Shown here: positions 45,397 through 48,031 of the stretch, piece after piece
Layout: each line of letters opens with the position of its first letter
How positions within the stretch are numbered: position 1 is the stretch's first letter
Assembly (NCBI GenBank): GCA_038893995.1
Contig: JAWAQK010000013.1
Span: 1-48,031 of the forward strand
Direction: 5' to 3'
DNA length: 48,031 nucleotides
Origin: Candidatus Thorarchaeota archaeon
GTDB taxonomy: Archaea > Asgardarchaeota > Thorarchaeia > Thorarchaeales > Thorarchaeaceae
The notes under the pieces: model-generated
What the model was told of the DNA's origin: nothing
The model's database searches: none
Seen by the model: the letters and a program-made list of their open reading frames with translations, nothing else
Position numbers and translations under genes: made by a program

Positions 45397-46399
45397 GCTA
45401 CTAGTTTCGACTGCCCGAAGCATACTGATTCTAGGACACCAGAACGCGGATCCTGATGCAGTTGCCTCGATGGTCGCCATGATGCAATACTGCAGGCACC
45501 TGAACCCCGAGTGCATAGTCAAACTTGCGTGCAGCGACATGAGCAGGATCTCGAGTCAGATGCTGAGGATGTTTGTCGGCGATGTCGTAGTTGGTGAGAG
45601 TGTCGAGGACGAGTTCGATCTGATGATCATTGTTGACACAAACAGCAGGTATCAGCTCGGTCCTCAGCTTGAGAACTTGACCCTCGATCCATCGAGGACC
45701 ATTGTCATTGACCATCACGACAGGACTCCTGACACATCTGCCCTTGCTCATAACCTCGTCATAGATGAGGGCAAGTCCTCTACCTGTGAGATTGTCCTTG
45801 AGCTTCTTGAGAATGATGGAGTGCCTCTCGACCGTGCGACCGCGAGTCTGTTGTTGGCTGGTCTCATATTTGACACGAGACGCTTTCTCTACGGAGGCAT
45901 AGCTGCCATCAGAAACGCCCTCAGACTGGTCGAAAACGGCGCAGACTACGATATGTGTCTGAGGTCGCTGATTGTTCGACTCGACCGATCAGAACGCATT
46001 GCCAGACTGAGAGCTGCCGGACGGCTGAAGCTTCACGAGATTGATGGTTGGCTAGTTGTGACGTCAAATGTTAGTGCCTTTGAGGCCAGTGCGTGTCGAG
46101 CGTTCATTGATCTGGGGGCTGATGTGGCAATAGTAGGAAGCCATCCGGAGAGAGACGTCGTCCGCATCAGCTCTAGGAGCACAGTTGAATTCAGTACTGA
46201 AACCGGGGTGAGTCTGAGTCAAGATGTAATGGAGAAGATTGGCAAATTGATTGAAGGCGCCGGCGGAGGACACTCCAATGCAGCCGGTGCCAACGGTAGG
46301 AAGAACCTCGAACTGGCGCTCGAGAAATCAGTCGAGCTGATTCGTCAGGCCATCGAAAGGAACAAGTCAAAGGTGGCGATCCCGGATGGCTCTCATTGA
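45386..46399 (+). CDS. DHH/DHHA1 family phosphoesterase
   Basis: GHQNADPDA, VDT, IDHH, GL..DT, GGGH..AAG. Confidence 0.92.
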   Translation: MSTRLLVSTARSILILGHQNADPDAVASMVAMMQYCRHLNPECIVKLACSDMSRISSQMLRMFVGDVVVGESVEDEFDLMIIVDTNSRYQLGPQLENLTLDPSRTIVIDHHDRTPDTSALAHNLVIDEGKSSTCEIVLELLENDGVPLDRATASLLLAGLIFDTRRFLYGGIAAIRNALRLVENGADYDMCLRSLIVRLDRSERIARLRAAGRLKLHEIDGWLVVTSNVSAFEASACRAFIDLGADVAIVGSHPERDVVRISSRSTVEFSTETGVSLSQDVMEKIGKLIEGAGGGHSNAAGANGRKNLELALEKSVELIRQAIERNKSKVAIPDGSH

Positions 46400-47237
46400 G
46401 TTTGTCGACTTCAGTTTCCGGTACGTTGGAAGCGACTCTTTTGCCCTGCGCCACATTGATCTTAGGATCGAGCAGGGTGAGTTTGTAGTGTTGACAGGGC
46501 CATCGGGCTGTGGAAAGACAACCCTCTGCCGAGCAATGAACGGGCTGGTACCCCACTTCCATCGAGGCTATGTCGGAGGGATGGTTCTCGTGGACGGGCT
46601 CGACACTCGAAACCACAGTGTCGCACAACTCGCCTCAAAGGTAGGCATTGTATTCCAGAACCCTGCGAATCAACTGGTGACTCTCAATGTTGAGAAGGAA
46701 ATTGCCTTCGGCCCAGAGAACCTAGGTGTCGAGCCCATTGAGATACGGAGGAGAGTCGACGAGCTGATCTCTCTGCTCGGGCTAGAACGACTCAGGGGAA
46801 AGCATCCCCATGAGATGTCAGGCGGTGAGCAGCAGAGCGTGGCGATTGCATCAGTCCTGGCCCTCAGACCGAAGATCCTTGTTGCAGACGAACCTACCTC
46901 GCATCTCGATCCGCATAGCTCGGAGATGGTCCTGGATATGATCAAACGGTTGAATGAGCAGGGCATGACCGTTGTGCTGACTGAGCACCGTCTGGATCTT
47001 GTGGCTGGGTGCGCCTCCAGAGTCATTCTCATGAACGAGGGACAGATTGTAGCTGATGGTCCACCGCGAGAAGTGCTCTGTAAAGACCTATGTCTTGAAC
47101 TGGGGATCGGCGTACCCAAGGCAATGCTCGTGTATCGTTTCTTGACGGAGCATGGAGTCCGGCTACCCCGGGCCCCTCTTAACAGTCGGGAGCTGGTATC
47201 CATCATGCAGGAGATGCTTGGGCATGATTCAGCTTGA
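46386..47237 (+). CDS. ECF transporter ATPase EcfA1 (CbiO-like)
   Basis: GPSGCGKTT, VFQNP..Q, EIAFGPENLG, SGGEQQ, DEPTS.LDP, EH. Confidence 0.9.
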   Translation: MALIEFVDFSFRYVGSDSFALRHIDLRIEQGEFVVLTGPSGCGKTTLCRAMNGLVPHFHRGYVGGMVLVDGLDTRNHSVAQLASKVGIVFQNPANQLVTLNVEKEIAFGPENLGVEPIEIRRRVDELISLLGLERLRGKHPHEMSGGEQQSVAIASVLALRPKILVADEPTSHLDPHSSEMVLDMIKRLNEQGMTVVLTEHRLDLVAGCASRVILMNEGQIVADGPPREVLCKDLCLELGIGVPKAMLVYRFLTEHGVRLPRAPLNSRELVSIMQEMLGHDSA

Positions 47238-48031
47238 GGACGTCTACTACAGCTACGATGGGGTTCGTCCCGCCCTCAGGGGAGTATCACTCCAGATTGA
47301 CGACGGTTCACTTGTCGCAATAGTAGGTTCCAACGGTGCCGGCAAGACCACACTGATAAAACACTTCAACGGTCTCTTACGTCCAGATAGGGGCAGAGTG
47401 ATCATTGACGGAGTTGATGCACGGTCAAAGTCCGTCGCCGAACTCTCTCGCACCGTTGGACTGGTATGGCAGAATCCCGACCATCAGCTCTTCCTCGAGT
47501 CTGTGAGGAAGGAGATAACTTTCGGTCTGCGAAACATGGGATTCTCGTCAAGGGAGGCTGAGAGTAGATGCCAAGCAGCTCTGCAAAGACTGGGACTCTC
47601 TGCACTGGCTGACAGGTCTCCCTTCTCACTCTCCGGAGGCGAACGAAAGAGGGTCGCTCTCGCCTCTGTCCTGGCCGTCGAACCAAAGGTTCTTGTCTTG
47701 GATGAGCCGACCGCCGGTCAAGATGCGGGCCAGAAGGAAAGGCTTGCAAGTATGATTCACGAGCTGCACTCGAACGGTTCCACGGTCGTAGTGGTCACTC
47801 ACGATCTCGAGTTCGTTGCTGAGCACCTTGAACGTACAGTAGCGATGTCGGAGGGTAGGATTATTGCAGATGGACGGACCGAGCTTGTACTGACAAACGA
47901 CAGAGTGTTGAGTCTCTGCTCATTGACATCTCCCCAGATATCGATAATTTCCCGCGAGATGAATCGGCTGTTTCCCGATATCTCACCTCGTATGCTTGCG
48001 TTGTCTGAGATACAGGACGCCATCCTGAAAC
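47224..48031 (+). CDS. ECF transporter ATPase EcfA2, 3'-truncated (absent from the ORF track)
   Basis: ATG at 47224 gives MIQLEDVYYSY...GSNGAGKTT...QNPDHQLF...LSGGERKR...DEPTAGQD...THD; no stop before the window end. Confidence 0.9.
   Translation, partial: MIQLEDVYYSYDGVRPALRGVSLQIDDGSLVAIVGSNGAGKTTLIKHFNGLLRPDRGRVIIDGVDARSKSVAELSRTVGLVWQNPDHQLFLESVRKEITFGLRNMGFSSREAESRCQAALQRLGLSALADRSPFSLSGGERKRVALASVLAVEPKVLVLDEPTAGQDAGQKERLASMIHELHSNGSTVVVVTHDLEFVAEHLERTVAMSEGRIIADGRTELVLTNDRVLSLCSLTSPQISIISREMNRLFPDISPRMLALSEIQDAILK

Noticed and set aside
1-48031. CRISPR arrays, IS elements, integrases, rRNA, SRP or RNase P RNA
   Set aside because: No spaced direct repeats, transposase or integrase motifs, or diagnostic RNA sequences were seen by eye.

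Overview
Gene-dense archaeal chromosome segment. Gene content and style (GGAGG/GGTG Shine-Dalgarno motifs, TATA boxes, many TTG/GTG starts, exosome superoperon, multiple Hdr) fit an anaerobic archaeon, plausibly an Asgard (Thorarchaeia-like) lineage; that assignment is inference. Left to right: (1) group 3b [NiFe] sulfhydrogenase gamma (5'-truncated), delta and alpha; (2) ahcY, a membrane hydrolase-like gene and a gamma-carbonic-anhydrase-family gene; (3) an acyl-CoA ligase divergent from a 2-hydroxyacyl-CoA dehydratase/benzoyl-CoA-reductase-like pair plus activase; (4) a four-subunit 2-oxoacid:ferredoxin oxidoreductase (korDABC-like); (5) a membrane-anchored wHTH regulator; (6) a heterodisulfide reductase island with three hdrCB pairs, an uncharacterised radical SAM enzyme, a two-flavin-module HdrA-MvhD fusion, and a second two-module HdrA coupled to a DUF2096-like gene, interrupted by a Dpp/Opp ABC transporter; (7) a NikR-family regulator with a ZnuABC-type transporter; (8) the proteasome-exosome superoperon (psmA, SBDS, rrp4, rrp41, rrp42, rpl37ae, Brix, pcc1, pfdB, DUF3194, DHH), followed by two ECF ATPases (the last 3'-truncated). 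No tRNA, rRNA, CRISPR, mobile element or selenocysteine codon was seen. The most notable points are the diversified Hdr system, a proteasome alpha subunit with a eukaryote-alpha7-like N-terminus, a NikR-linked cluster A-I transporter with an altered metal site, and recurrent inverted repeats enclosing TATA-like boxes. All family assignments come from motif recognition by eye; no searches were run.
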